DNA of 63,425 nucleotides, filler included, from Octopus bimaculoides (taxonomy: Eukaryota), in assembly GCF_001194135.2 (NCBI RefSeq). It is 9 parts of 9 records of this genome, joined end to end, with 100 filler letters (N's around TTAATTAATTAA, not from the genome) between each part and the next. Parts side by side here need not be neighbours in the genome. Positions count along the whole stretch, not along the records: positions 4,936 to 24,333 come from NC_068988.1; positions 24,434 to 35,901 come from NC_068983.1; 7 more parts are not named here. One strand, given 5' to 3'. The notes under the pieces were generated by a model. The model was not told where the DNA came from. It worked only from the letters and a program-made list of their open reading frames with translations, and did not search any database. This document shows, piece by piece, positions 11,426 through 24,599 of this stretch. Each line of letters starts with the position of its first letter. Within the stretch, counting starts at the first letter, position 1. The translations under genes and the position numbers were made by a program.

Positions 11426-12974
11426 TTCTCAAATAATTAAACAAATATTTTACACAGAAGCAACAGGTTATTGAATTTGAAGATGTGAGGCACAAATATT
11501 CACTTGCAGTACAAACATATCACAGCTATTTTGTGACATATATTACACTAGACTACCTTACACTAAGCTACATATTGTTGTCTTGTATTTAAACATACAG
11601 CACCAACTAACAGTACTACTGCACTATCTTTTACTATTCTCTCAAACACTACATTACCTTATATTATACCATACTACTCTATATTATTCTATGCATACTT
11701 CTCTGCAGTATCCCATATTGCACTAAACTATACTACCCCGTAATACCAATCACTATACTACATTCTACTACTCTATACTCCTTTACCTTCCACCATGCTC
11801 TATTACACTCTACTTCTGTACACTGTAGTGCATTATGCCCATTGATGCTAGACTACACCAATAGACAATAGTAATAGTAGTGAGTATGAATATTCATTTG
11901 GCTCTTAATGCACAACGGAAGATATTGTGTTCAAGGAATATAGCCAGTCACAGAAATCTAATTCTAACAAAAATGACAAAGCAATCACACTGTGTTGTAC
12001 TGTTCTAAAACGTTCACAGTTTTGTCCCAAGTAGCATCTTCAATATTGAAGTTAAGATAGCTCAAGGACACAGTTGATAATATATATCTATCCGGTATAT
12101 GCAACTTCAGCAGTATTACATTAAAATAGTGATATATTCTACTTATTGTAAGCACACTGTTGATAACCTAGTTACTTCTGTGTTTGTCTTAAGGTAACAT
12201 CTCCTATGGACTTGCTATGTTAAAAAGTCCAATAAATATAAGAGGGAGAGGAAAATTTATCCCTGCAGTAGCCAGTGAGAACACATGATGCATTTTGTCT
12301 ATTTTTGGCTTTTTCAGTGACATGTAGTTGCAGCCAGCCACATGCTTGAATGGTTATTCATTACTTTTTGCCCCATCAGTAAATATTTTATTCATGTTTC
12401 ACTGTATCAAAGACAGCAAATTCACATCCGAACATGTAGCAAAAACCTGAAAGGCATCTGGCATTTTCACTGGCTGCTGCTAAGAGGGATTATGACTCTC
12501 TCTGATATTGTACATTTTTACACAGCATATTCATGAGATATGATCTAAGGACAAATAGCATAGTAACTGGCCTATCAACAGTGTGATTGTTGATGGCTTA
12601 TATACATACATATATACCTACATACAAGCATATGTATAAACACACACACACACACACACACCATGTGTCAGTCGGTATTTGGAAATATGAGTAATCAGGC
12701 AAAATGTTTTTAATCACACAAATGAACACAGTCATATAAGTGATCTAAAGAGAATTTTATGCTGAAACTGACCAAATTTCTAGCTGGAAGCAATCTGAAT
12801 TTTGGATCATGGAACCAAAAGAGTTAATATTTGTCATCAAAGTATCGAAGTTCTTGTGTTATATTGATAAAAATATAGAGAAAAATTCAAAACTGAAAGA
12901 TAGTCACAGCCTATATTACCAAAGTAGCTCAAACTACTGGTACATAATAAAGCACACTGTACACAGCTAGATAT

Positions 12975-13057
12975 ATATGTGCATACTTGTGTGTGTTCAT
13001 ATGAATGTATGTGTGTATGTATGTATGTATGTATGTATGTATGTATGTATGTATGTA

Positions 13058-13135
<78 letters not shown>
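12975..13135. repeat. (GTAT)n/(GT)n/(AT)n microsatellite
   Basis: Direct reading. Confidence 0.95.
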
Positions 13136-13138
<3 letters not shown>

Positions 13139-14333
13139 GGGCTGGACAAGCATCATAATTTTGAAATATCTATAAAAAAACAAGGTTGTGTGCTTGCCCC
13201 CACCCTATTTGGCTTCTTCTTTGCAGTCATGCTGAAACATGCATTTAGGACATCAACTGATGGTGCTTATCTCTACACCAGATCAAGCAACAAATTGTCT
13301 GGTCTGTCGAGGCTAAAAGCAAAATCCAAAGTGTGCCAGGTACTCATCAGAGAAATGCTGTTTGCAGATGATGCAGCACCGATAGTGCACTCTGAAGAGT
13401 AAATGCAGCACCTCATTGACAAACTTTCAAAGGCCTGTCAGGAATTCAACCTGACTATCAGTCTGAAGTAGACCCAAGTAATGGGTCAAAGTGTCAAACC
13501 TGCCTCCACCATCACCATCAACAGCTACAAGCTGGAGGTATTCCTGCAATTCACCTATCTCAGCTCTACCATCTCTGATGACCTCTCCCTGGACCCTGAG
13601 ATCAACAGGCAAATCAGACAAGCATCCCCCACATTTGCTAGGCTCACAAAGAGAGTCTGGAAAAGCAAACAAACTGGCTGCAAACACTAAAATTGGTGTC
13701 TATAAGGTGTGCATCCTTAATAAGCTACTTTATGGCAGTGAGACAGGAGTGGCATCTAAATATCTTTCACCTTCTTAATATGAGACACATCTTGGACATC
13801 AATTGGACTGACCACATCACCAACACTGAAGTCCTCAACCAAGCCAAGATACCCAGCACACACATCTTGCTCCAGCAGCATCGTTTGTGCTGGCTCAGTC
13901 ATGTTCATCACAGGTCAGATGGAAGGATTCCAAAAGACCTTCTATATGGGGGAAATGGTCACTGGCAGAAGAACACAAGGACAACCTCATTTTCGTTTCA
14001 AAGACGTCTGTAAGAGGAATATGAAGTTGCTTGATTTGGACGTCCTAAGATGAGAAGAGAAGACAAATAATCACCCACAGTGGAGGCAAATACTGCAAAA
14101 GGGAATGAAGACAGCAGAATAAAAACAGGAACTCACCATCAAAGAAAGCGCACTCAATGGAACAAAAAAATCAGTAGCACCGGCAGAGAGCTCCTTCAAA
14201 CGCGGTCGCTGTATGCATGACTGCCACTCCTGTGTGAGCCTGTACAGTCACAACAGATGCTGTACCACCATCAGCAGCTGACATGGTTTCTTTGGGGGCA
14301 GATCCATAGCTAAGACCAACGGATGCCTACTAT
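13136..14333 (+). mobile_element. RTE/BovB-like LINE, 5'-truncated RT and 3' end
   Basis: KQGCVLAPTLF...EMLFADDA, then FTYLSSTISDDLSLDPEINRQI, then RLCWLSHVHHRSDGRIPKDLLYG. Frameshifted; ends ...acggatgcctacta. Confidence 0.9.
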
Positions 14334-14348
14334 ATGCATGTATATGTA

Positions 14349-14419
<71 letters not shown>

Positions 14420-17400
14420 AGTGGGGACAAATATGTTTTCTGTGTGTGTGTATTCATACTGATAGAGATATTTCACTCAAGCTATTTATAGTGCATTAAA
14501 CAGTTTTTGTTTTTGTTTTTCATGCTAATTTAAACATTCTATTTAATCTGAGTTTCCACCTCATTTCAGTTAATTTTGCTATCCTATCAAGAAGTAAACA
14601 CCAAATTCTAACTGCCAAAGGAAACATTGTACTTATAGTCACAAGAAAGAGTTTGATGACTTGAAGAATCTTATTTGTATATAAAACACATTTGCCAGTA
14701 TCTAGGTCGATTCATAAAGTAATAATTTGTTAAGCTACATGTCTAAAAATTTGAAACAATTGAGTTTTAATACAATATCTCCATCAACAGAAAAAGAGAG
14801 ATTGGTAATAATTAGGCTTTCGATTCTTTTTTGGAACCTCTCCAAAAACTGAGTACCTGCCTCTAACAGTTAGCTCAACATTTAGATTTAATTTTAAAAG
14901 CTTAAAATGAATGTTGGTATATTAGCATGCTAAGACATACACTGTGTAATACATCATTATCTGAGATATATATTGAAGACGTCTCTAACACCAAACATTT
15001 GGGTGGCTCCAAAAGAACAAAAAGAGACAGTAAGACAGAAAAAATGATATATGTACACTTATGTTTGTGTGTGTGTGCATGTGTGTATGAGAACTGCATA
15101 TTCATGTGTGTATGTCTATGTGTGTGTTTGTGTATGTGTGTGTATGTTCAAACATATTTATGTTCTTATACATGTATACTTGTATATGTGTGTATGTGTA
15201 CACATATACACATATACAGATATACTCACACACTACTTTACATACATATTTGATATGTTCGTATGTGTGTATGTAAGTATAAATGTATTAGAAGTGATAC
15301 ATTTTATTGCAAAATCTTTGATCAGTTTAATTGTCATCCATAAAAATTATTGTTGTTGTTGTTGTTGTTTACTTTATTTCTTATTTTGTGTACTTACCTC
15401 TAAGAAATCAATAACTTCTCATAACATTGGAAATTTTGTGTAAGTTGTAGTGTGGAATAGACTTGAGAAAACTGATTTTTTCTGTGTTGTTTTCTCAACA
15501 GTAATATGTTTTGTTGTTCCTACTTCATAACAACTAGTCTTCTACCAAGAAAATGATTGCTTCACAATATCTAAAGTTGTAATGGCATTTAACAAAAATA
15601 TATATATCATTTCCGAACCGAGCAATCACAATGCAATCAAATATTGTTTACACTGTATGAAATAATTCTTTAAAATTGTTCATGTAGTTGTTGTTGTTGT
15701 TGTTGTTGTCGTTAGTAGTAGTAGTAGTAGTAGTAGTAGTTGGTTGGGTGAAGCAATAAGTGCTGAATTGATGTAAATTAGTTGTCAATAATATACGTAT
15801 AGATACATGCCTACTTATGTACATACACATACATACATTTATGTGCATGTACTGTAAGGTATATATGTATATTGATATAGATATGTACATTGATATATAT
15901 ATATATATTTATGTATNNNNNNNNNNNNNNNNNNNNNNNNNNNNNNNNNNNNNNNNNNNNNNNNNNNNNNNNNNNNNNNNNNNNNNNNNNNNNNNNNNNN
16001 NNNNNNNNNNNNNNNNNNNNNNNNNNNNNNNNNNNNNNNNNNNNNNNNNNNNNNNNNNNNNNNNNNNNNNNNNNNNNNNNNNNNNNNNNNNNNNNNNNNN
16101 NNNNNNNNNNNNNNNNNNNNNNNNNNNNNNNNNNNNNNNNNNNNNNNNNNNNNNNNNNNNNNNNNNNNNNNNNNNNNNNNNNNNNNNNNNNNNNNNNNNN
16201 NNNNNNNNNNNNNNNNNNNNNNNNNNNNNNNNNNNNNNNNNNNNNNNNNNNNNNNNNNNNNNNNNNNNNNNNNNNNNNNNNNNNNNNNNNNNNNNNNNNN
16301 NNNNNNNNNNNNNNNNNNNNNNNNNNNNNNNNNNNNNNNNNNNNNNNNNNNNNNNNNNNNNNNNNNNNNNNNNNNNNNNNNNNNNNNNNNNNNNNNNNNN
16401 NNNNNNNNNNNNNNNNNNNNNNNNNNNNNNNNNNNNNNNNNNNNNNNNNNNNNNNNNNNNNNNNNNNNNNNNNNNNNNNNNNNNNNNNNNNNNNNNNNNN
16501 NNNNNNNNNNNNNNNNNNNNNNNAGATCCATTATTTAGGCAGAATGGTATACATATAAGATTCCAGTACCTTGTGAGTAAATTCCAATAGTATTTAAAAT
16601 TGGTCATTCCAAGTATAGAGTTTGTACACGGTGTTATTGAATTGAGCATTTTATTTAAAGTGACTTAAAAGTTGGGAATGTATTTGTAAGGTCAAATCGA
16701 AAACAGGAAGAGAGGAACAAAGAAAAGAAAAAATAGAAAAGAAAAAGAAAAGCAATGAGAGAGATAATAAAGAGATGAAGAGAGGAAAAGTGTACCAGTT
16801 AGTGGTCAGTCAAGATAAATTGATAGAAGGAATGGGGATGTGACAGTGACAGAGAGAGAAAGATATGAGGTTATAAAAAGATGATAGGGTAAAGAGTAAA
16901 GGAGTGTCAGAAAGAAGGAATGGGGGTTGATGGGTGATAAAGAGTGAAAGGTATGAGAGTGTAAAGAGTAAAGGAGTGTCAGGTATGTAGTGATAGAGCC
17001 TAAGTGAGGGGCAGAGAGAGTGGGGTAGGTGTAGTAAAATAGTGAAATGAAGAATTTGGGAATATAGGTTAGGTTGGTTAGGAATTATGTACCCCATTAC
17101 CATTGAGGAATACAATAAATTCATAAAGAAAGATCTCAACAAATCCTACAAGCTGGCACCAACATCTGCCCTAAATGAAATTAACACCAACCACTGCAAA
17201 CTTATGAGGAAATTACAAGTAGATGACTGAACGGAACCATACTGCCCTACACCTCCACACTTTAACCTCAATGATCACAAGGACTTTATTACCAAACCTT
17301 CAATACACCTAATATGCCCCATCAAATCTGACCTAGGAAGGGTAAGCAAAAACATTTTAGACAAAATAATATCAATCGTCAAGGACAAATTAAATGTTAA

Positions 17401-19289
17401 TCTATGGTACCACACTTGTGAAGTTATTACATGGTTTCACCTTCCAAAAATCGAAAACTCATATTCCTTTCTACAATTCGACATAAATGGTTACTACACT
17501 TCTATTACTCCTAAACTTAGCTTGGAACCTTACTAACCTAACCCCACTAGAAATTAACATAATACTTAATGCCCGCAAACCCTTATTTCTTTTGAAAACA
17601 AACTCTGGTGCTGGGTCAATCACCATAGCAACCTATTCTACATAACCATAAGCTCATCTGATTCAGCTCAGGTCTCTGACTTAGTTGGACTATATATACT
17701 TCACCAGCTCCATATACATTTCCCTAACATCAAGGGAGACCTATACAGGGATGACGCCTTATTAGTTACCAAAAGCATAAATAAATCCTCCTTAGAAAGA
17801 ACTAGAAAGGATCTACATAAATTCTTCTCTAACCTAAACCTATCTATCGCATTCGAAAATGCTCACAAAACTGCTAACTTTCTTAAAGTAAGTCTAAACT
17901 TATCAACCTCTCAATACTCCCCTTACCACAAACCTAACCAATATCTTAAATACCTTAACATCCACTCCAACCACCACAAATCCACTTTCGATAACATAAC
18001 CAAGGGCATCTCAACCCGCATATCCGACCTCTCTTCCGCTGAGGAAATTTTCAATAATCCCGCATCATGTTACAATCAAGCACTCGCCGCTAGCGGCTTT
18101 TCCCAACAAATAAAATACATCCATAACACCAGGCTCAAACAATATATGTCTCAAATCACATCTTAAAGACACACCAACCATCACAATTGCAACCAACCAC
18201 ACACACTCGTCGATGGAACCCTGGAAGGTCTTACACCTAGGCAACCTAGACCCCCTACACATACATTTAATACTAGGTTAAAACTAAAACAACTAAAACA
18301 GCTAACAACAACAGGCCTCGCCACCACATCCATTCTCCAAAAATATAGATAGCACTGCTTTATCTAAAAACTTAGATAGCACTACTCCCAGACACCCTAA
18401 AAAAAGCGGCGGGTGCTCTATTCTGTGGTACATACCCCCATTCTGATTTAAGAACTTAGCTAAATCCTTCTTTAAAATACTAGACTCTAACTTCTCTCGG
18501 CAACATAAATATCATTCTATCTTTAATAGATTCACTCTGAAACTATCTTATTCTGCCCCACCCAACTTCGAATCTATTCTTGCAATCTCTAATAAGCAAA
18601 AGCTTTCTCTTTACTATCAAAACTCACATAATTACAACTCTAGTCATGCGAACTGCAACTGCAACTGCCCGGAACACCACCACAATCTCCATCACTTTTA
18701 CAAATAGTACAATTAATAACAACAATGGTAATAATAACGTTAATAATACTAATAATCTAGAATTTTCTACCCACTTCTCTAACCTCTCCTTGACAATATT
18801 ACCTCCTCCATTCCTTAACACAATAAATAAACATAATGAGGCACTAAGCACATGTAGTCACCGCTTTTTTCATACATTCAAATTCTACCACAAATCCAAA
18901 TGCCTAAATGACCACACAGTATATATCCACAATACCCCTTAGGTAATCCCAATAACCTTATAAATCTACATTTTAACTCCTAATTCCTCTTTCATACTTG
19001 AATATCACAACCATTTAATTATATTCGTATGTATGTGTGCATACGTATATGCGCGTGTGTGCATGTGTGTGTATGTGTGTGTGTGTGTGTGTGTATGTAT
19101 GCAAGGTAGCTGTGTGTGCAGGGGTGACAATACATACAGATACACGTATGTATGGGTGTAAGTATGTACATATACATATGAGTACGTGTTGTATGCGTAG
19201 GTGTTGATATGTATAAATATCTATAGACATGTTTAATATATGCATGTGTATATATCTTCACATATATATTTCGTATGTGTATTTCGTGT

Positions 19290-19605
19290 GCAAGATTCTT
19301 GATGTGGATACGTGTGTTGAAAGAAATGTAGTCTACAAAATAAGCTGTATGGATGGTGAGTGTAAAAACAGAAACACCACATACATAGGTGAGACGGCAA
19401 GAAGTTTGGCTGAGCGTGTAAACGAACATTGGAGGGACTATAATAATCAAAAACAAACCTCGGTGCTCTACCAGCATGCCAAAGAACAACATGGTGGTGT
19501 ACTGGACAGAATTAACATAGAAATCCTGTCTAGACACCCCGGTGACGCATCTTTGCGACAAATACAGGAGTCGGTCCTCATAACTGAAACGCAACCAATT
19601 TTAAA
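19290..19605 (+). mobile_element. GIY-YIG endonuclease fragment of a different PLE subtype, open frame
   Basis: CVERNVVYKISC...TYIGETARSLAERVNEH...LYQH...RQIQESVLI. Runs into the N gap. Confidence 0.85.
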
Positions 19606-20885
19606 NNNNNNNNNNNNNNNNNNNNNNNNNNNNNNNNNNNNNNNNNNNNNNNNNNNNNNNNNNNNNNNNNNNNNNNNNNNNNNNNNNNNNNNNNNNNNNN
19701 NNNNNNNNNNNNNNNNNNNNNNNNNNNNNNNNNNNNNNNNNNNNNNNNNNNNNNNNNNNNNNNNNNNNNNNNNNNNNNNNNNNNNNNNNNNNNNNNNNNN
19801 NNNNNNNNNNNNNNNNNNNNNATAAATTAATTAAAAAGTCTCTATCTGATCTGATATAAACGAAATTGTTACAAACACACATATGGACGCACATACTTAC
19901 ATATAAGAACGAATACATAAGTGCGTGCACACATATGAGCGTGCACACATACGAGCTTGCACACACTCACATGCTCATACCAAACAGTTTCGAAACAACG
20001 CCAAAACAACGCCAGATCATATATTCAAAATAAATGGAAGTGGAGAGACAAGTTACTGAAGAGATTGCAAGAGTGCAATGAAATAATTTAACAAAAAACT
20101 ATATAAATTAATAAAGGACTGAACCAGTGCGTGTGTTCATTACCGGCATAATGCCTCTCCCAAGGTTTAATTGTATTTCACATATATATATTCTCCAACT
20201 ACTAAGCACTGACCTGTCCTCTAACCAACGTAACCTATATTCCCAAATTCTTCATTTCACCATTTTACTACACCTACCCCACTCTCTCTGCCCCTCACTT
20301 AGGCTCTATCACTACATACCTGACACTCCTTTACTCTTTACACTCTCATACCTTTCACTCTCTATAGCCCATCAACCCCCATTCCTTCTTTCTGGCACTC
20401 CTTTACTCTTTACCCTATCATCTTTTTATAACCTCATATCTTTCTCTCTCTGTCACTGTCACATCCCCATTCCTTCTATCAATTTATCTTGACTGACCAC
20501 TAACTGGTACACTTTTCCTCTCTTCATCTCTTTATTATCTCTCTCCTTGCTTTTCTTTTTCTTTTCTATTTTTTCTTTTCTTTGTTCCTCTCTTCCTGTT
20601 TTCGATTTGACCTTACAAATACATTCCCAACTTTTAAGTCACTTTAAATAAAATGCTCAATTCAATAACACCGTGTACAAACTCTATACTTGGAATGACC
20701 AATTTTAAATACTATTGGAACTTACTCATAAGGTACTGGAATCTTATATGTATACCATTCTGCCTAAATAATGGATCTACAGATGCAATATCACTGCATA
20801 TCTCACGTCTATTTTCATTCCTCCACTTCACTCTCTATTTCATATCTTCTCTAAAATAACTATTGCTTAACCATTTTCTCACACC

Positions 20886-20933
20886 GTCTCGGATGAAGGG
20901 ATATATAAAATATCCCAGAAACAGCTGTAAAAC
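20886..20933 (+). ncRNA. Compact minimal type I hammerhead motif at the PLE-3 3' end (core U4->G lesion)
   Basis: GUCU-CGGAUGA-A-GGGAUAU-AUAAA-AUAUCCC-A-GAAAC-AGCU-GUA-AAAC. Perfect 7-bp helix II and palindromic AGCU loop. Confidence 0.75.
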
Positions 20934-21074
20934 CTTCTATTTATAAATGTTCTAAAATCTTTCACAGCCTTGGATTTTTATCCCATTCAAAAATTTTTTT
21001 TATATGTACACTGATATATGACCTATGTTGGATTCCTCATTCGCATAATCACCAAACCAACTAGCACTTACTCA

Positions 21075-21860
21075 GCATTACCTAAAAAAATATCCCTGGT
21101 TTTTACAGATGAATCAGGTACATGAAATGCTTTCACTGCAAAACTAAGTGCTCATCTTGAAACAAGCCCTCATTTTATAAAGTACAATGCATACCTTTTG
21201 TTTTGTTGAAAAGTTGGCATAATTGAACCTGTGCAATATTCTGAATGAGTCACTCTCATAATTGCTGTTGACCAACTTATTCATTTGTGTGAAGCTTACA
21301 AAATAGGAGTTCCCTAAACTGATGATATGTACGCACATTTCGGTCGGAACCAAAAATTTACCAAATTTAGTTAAGATCTATATTCTTACAGGTGTTACCT
21401 GATCTCTGCATGCTCTGAACCAGGAAGACATGGATTATTATTGATCACTAACAAAAACATGCACGAGACAGAGAGCAGCTAAACAGCATTTAAATTGGTC
21501 AAAATTGGTGGTATAAACTGTCATGTTTTAGGCAAATATTGTTCTACTTTCATGCACTTTAATGATGATGAGCACACACTAACCTTTGCAGCTTGTGTTC
21601 ATGAGGACTATGATGGTCAGTATGTATCGGCCATCATAGCTCCCAGCATAGTCATTTCTACTGATGTAATGATACCTTTGCCTGATACAGTGACAGAGTG
21701 ACAGCTGTGCACCTTTCTCACAATGTTACCATCAATTTGAGACCACCACATGTAATTTTGGATGAGAGCCTTCTTCTAGATTATGCCAAAAGAACACTGA
21801 TAAAACTAGTACAGAAAGACTACAAGGTAATGCTATTAGTAGCAGAGGTTGGGAAGATGA
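21075..21860 (+). mobile_element. Decayed Ty3/Gypsy pol (RT region) remnant
   Basis: KYPLVFTDESGT*NAFTAKL, GIIEPVQYSE*VTLII and TDDMYAHFGRNQKFTKF match the Gypsy RT N-terminal motifs. Similarity after about 21480 is weak. Confidence 0.6.
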
Positions 21861-21904
21861 CAGGAGAGAGTAAGGTGTATACATGCAATAGGTCTCATCC
21901 ATGT

Positions 21905-21920
21905 ATCTATCTATCAACCC

Positions 21921-22006
<86 letters not shown>

Positions 22007-22010
22007 ATAT
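21905..22010. repeat. (TATC)n microsatellite
   Basis: Direct reading. Confidence 0.95.
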
Positions 22011-22542
22011 NNNNNNNNNNNNNNNNNNNNNNNNNNNNNNNNNNNNNNNNNNNNNNNNNNNNNNNNNNNNNNNNNNNNNNNNNNNNNNNNNNNNNNNNNN
22101 NNNNNNNNNNNNNNNNNNNNNNNNNNNNNNNNNNNNNNNNNNNNNNNNNNNNNNNNNNNNNNNNNNNNNNNNNNNNNNNNNNNNNNNNNNNNNNNNNNNN
22201 NNNNNNNNNNNNNNNNNNNNNNNNNNNNNNNNNNNNNNNNNNNNNNNNNNNNNNNNNNNNNNNNNNNNNNNNNNNNNNNNNNNNNNNNNNNNNNNNNNNN
22301 NNNNNNNNNNNNNNNNNNNNNNNNNNNNNNNNNNNNNNNNNNNNNNNNNNNNNNNNNNNNNNNNNNNNNNNNNNNNNNNNNNNNNNNNNNNNNNNNNNNN
22401 NNNNNNNNNNNNNNNNNNNNNNNNNNNNNNNNNNNNNNNNNNNNNNNNNNNNNNNNNNNNNNNNNNNNNNNNNNNNNNNNNNNNNNNNNNNNNNNNNNNN
22501 NNNNNNNNNNNNNNNNNNNNNNNNNNNNNNNNNNNNNNNNNN

Positions 22543-24332
22543 TGTGGTGCAAGTTTTTTTGCAACGGAGTTCTGCCCTGTGTGGCATATTTCCAGATTTT
22601 AAAATTGATTTCGGCTTTCTAGCCATTTTTTGTTTTGGACGATGGCGTTTTCTAGCCATGAGAAATTTCGTCAAACGAATGCTGAATTTTGCAGCGTGTC
22701 GTTTGACGTTGATTTCCCTGCATTTGAACGAAGGAATGAAGAAAAGGGAAAGGGTCAACACACACACATATGCAGGTGTTAACATGAAAATTAACACCGC
22801 CACCACCACCAACAACAACAAAAACAAAACTGTAACCAAGGTTACAAAACCATGCATAAAAACTAATAAAAAACCATCATATACAAAGTAATAGATACTA
22901 AAAGTAGAAGGCCAGACAAAATTGAAAAATGCCTAAATTTAATATGGTCTCATAAAATATACATCACATCGTGGCATAAATATGCACATGTCCAAGTGAT
23001 TTTTCGAAATGAAGAGTTAGCGAAGAAATTTTCAACGCTAACTCTTCAAACACCAGAAATAACAATGATACCTAGTTACCTTGGCCAAAATGTAACAAAG
23101 GTAACGATAAAGCATGCACCTCCAACAACAATACACACACTATGGTTGCTATCGGCCATATGTGTCGACATGAACAATATTAGTATCCTCCAAATCACCG
23201 TTGGAGAAAGCAACTGGACAGGAAAAACCATACAAATTCTGTTCCACACAAACGAACAAGAAATACAAAAAAATCCGCCTTACATCCGTATGTCACCAAA
23301 CCAAAAATTACATGTAGTGGTAGAGGGCAGGCGGCCTCGCTGTTACTTATGCGACAGCGAGGCACACCTCAAAAAGGAGTGTCCGACTGCCCTAAAAACA
23401 CAACGACAACAACAACAAGGACTAACTAAACCCATAAAAAAGCATTGCTGCCCACACCGCCATCCACACAAAAAACAACAAAAACAATATCAACAACATC
23501 AACGAAAGAAAACACTACAAAAACTGCAAAATTAACAAACAAAGAAGACGAAAAAAGGAAAGACAATACAAAAACTGATACCCCTTCCCCACATCACTTA
23601 CACCACAACCAAAAATTCAACAACCAACAACAACAAAATCAACAACACAACCACTTACACAAGCAAACACAGATCCATACAACATGCCCCTACCCACTTC
23701 CGATTCCTCAGATATTTCGTCTGAAGACGAGGAAAGTAATGAGGAATGGCAAATAGCCCAAAAAGGAAGGAGGGGCAAAAAAAGAAAAACAAACAACAAC
23801 AAAGCAGGGCGATTCAAATCTCCTGAAAATACTCCCAAATCCTACACAATCGACACCAATATTAACATACCTAAAACAATGCTCACAGCAATAGACACTA
23901 CAAACACAGAGTTGATGAAATACATCACCTCTAAATCAAACATCACAAATAACGACATCAAAACAAACAATCACCCACACACAACACCGCCAAAACACAT
24001 AAAAATATATCACGTAACACCAGCATTGCACCACAAAATAAAATCCCTCTACCCCAATGCGGTAGGTGGATGTCAAAAATATTTGTGCAAGAAATTGTAC
24101 AATAGCCTCCTTGGTGAAAAATCCAAGGAGGAAGCAAAACTTTCAAACAAGTAGGTAACTCTCTGTTCCTTTCTTTTTGTACTCTAAAGCACATATTTCA
24201 ATAGAGTCATGCTCAAAATTGGTTGTGTAAATGCGCGTAGCTTGGGGTCCCCTTGGAAACAAGGGTACCTCTTAAATGATATCAAGTCACATAACTTGGA
24301 AATCATAGCCATAAGTGAGACCAGAATCCATG
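22543..24332 (+). mobile_element. 5' part of an L1/Tx1-type LINE: UTR, decayed ORF1 with CCHC knuckle, start of ORF2 APE endonuclease
   Basis: ORF1 has GRRPRCYLCDSEAHLKKECP. ORF2 starts at ATG 24209: MLKIGCVNARSLGSPWKQGYLLNDIKSHNLEIIAISETRIH, cut off by a gap. Confidence 0.8.
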
Positions 24333-24599
24333 ANNNNNNNNNNNNNNNNNNNNNNNNNNNNNNNNNNNNNNNNNNNNTTAATTAATTAANNNNNNNNNNN
24401 NNNNNNNNNNNNNNNNNNNNNNNNNNNNNNNNNGTTTCCATACTTTTTCAGATATACCCAATTTTAAAATGATGTAATATAACGATATCATTCACCCGGA
24501 ATGTGTTGAAACAATTTAATTCAACACAAATATATGTTACTTTACATATAATTTATGTGTTAATTCTATTTAATAAAAATTGCTAAAAAGCATATTATG

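Larger units (their letters stand above)
16524..21000 (+). mobile_element. PLE-3: Penelope-like element with a long inverted pseudo-LTR (left end in gap)
   Basis: RT fragments 17090-18600: LICPIKSDLGRVSKNILD, FLQFDINGYY, SAQVSDLVGLYIL, DLYRDDAL, WYIPPF, SIFNRFTLKLSYS. 16524-17081 is the reverse complement of 20221-20778. Confidence 0.85.

Noticed and set aside
21691-21826. Apparent AG...GT exon encoding DRVTAVHLSHN...QKDYK
   Set aside because: It lies directly downstream of a decayed Gypsy RT and its frame is explained by an 8-bp duplication. No host protein was recognised.
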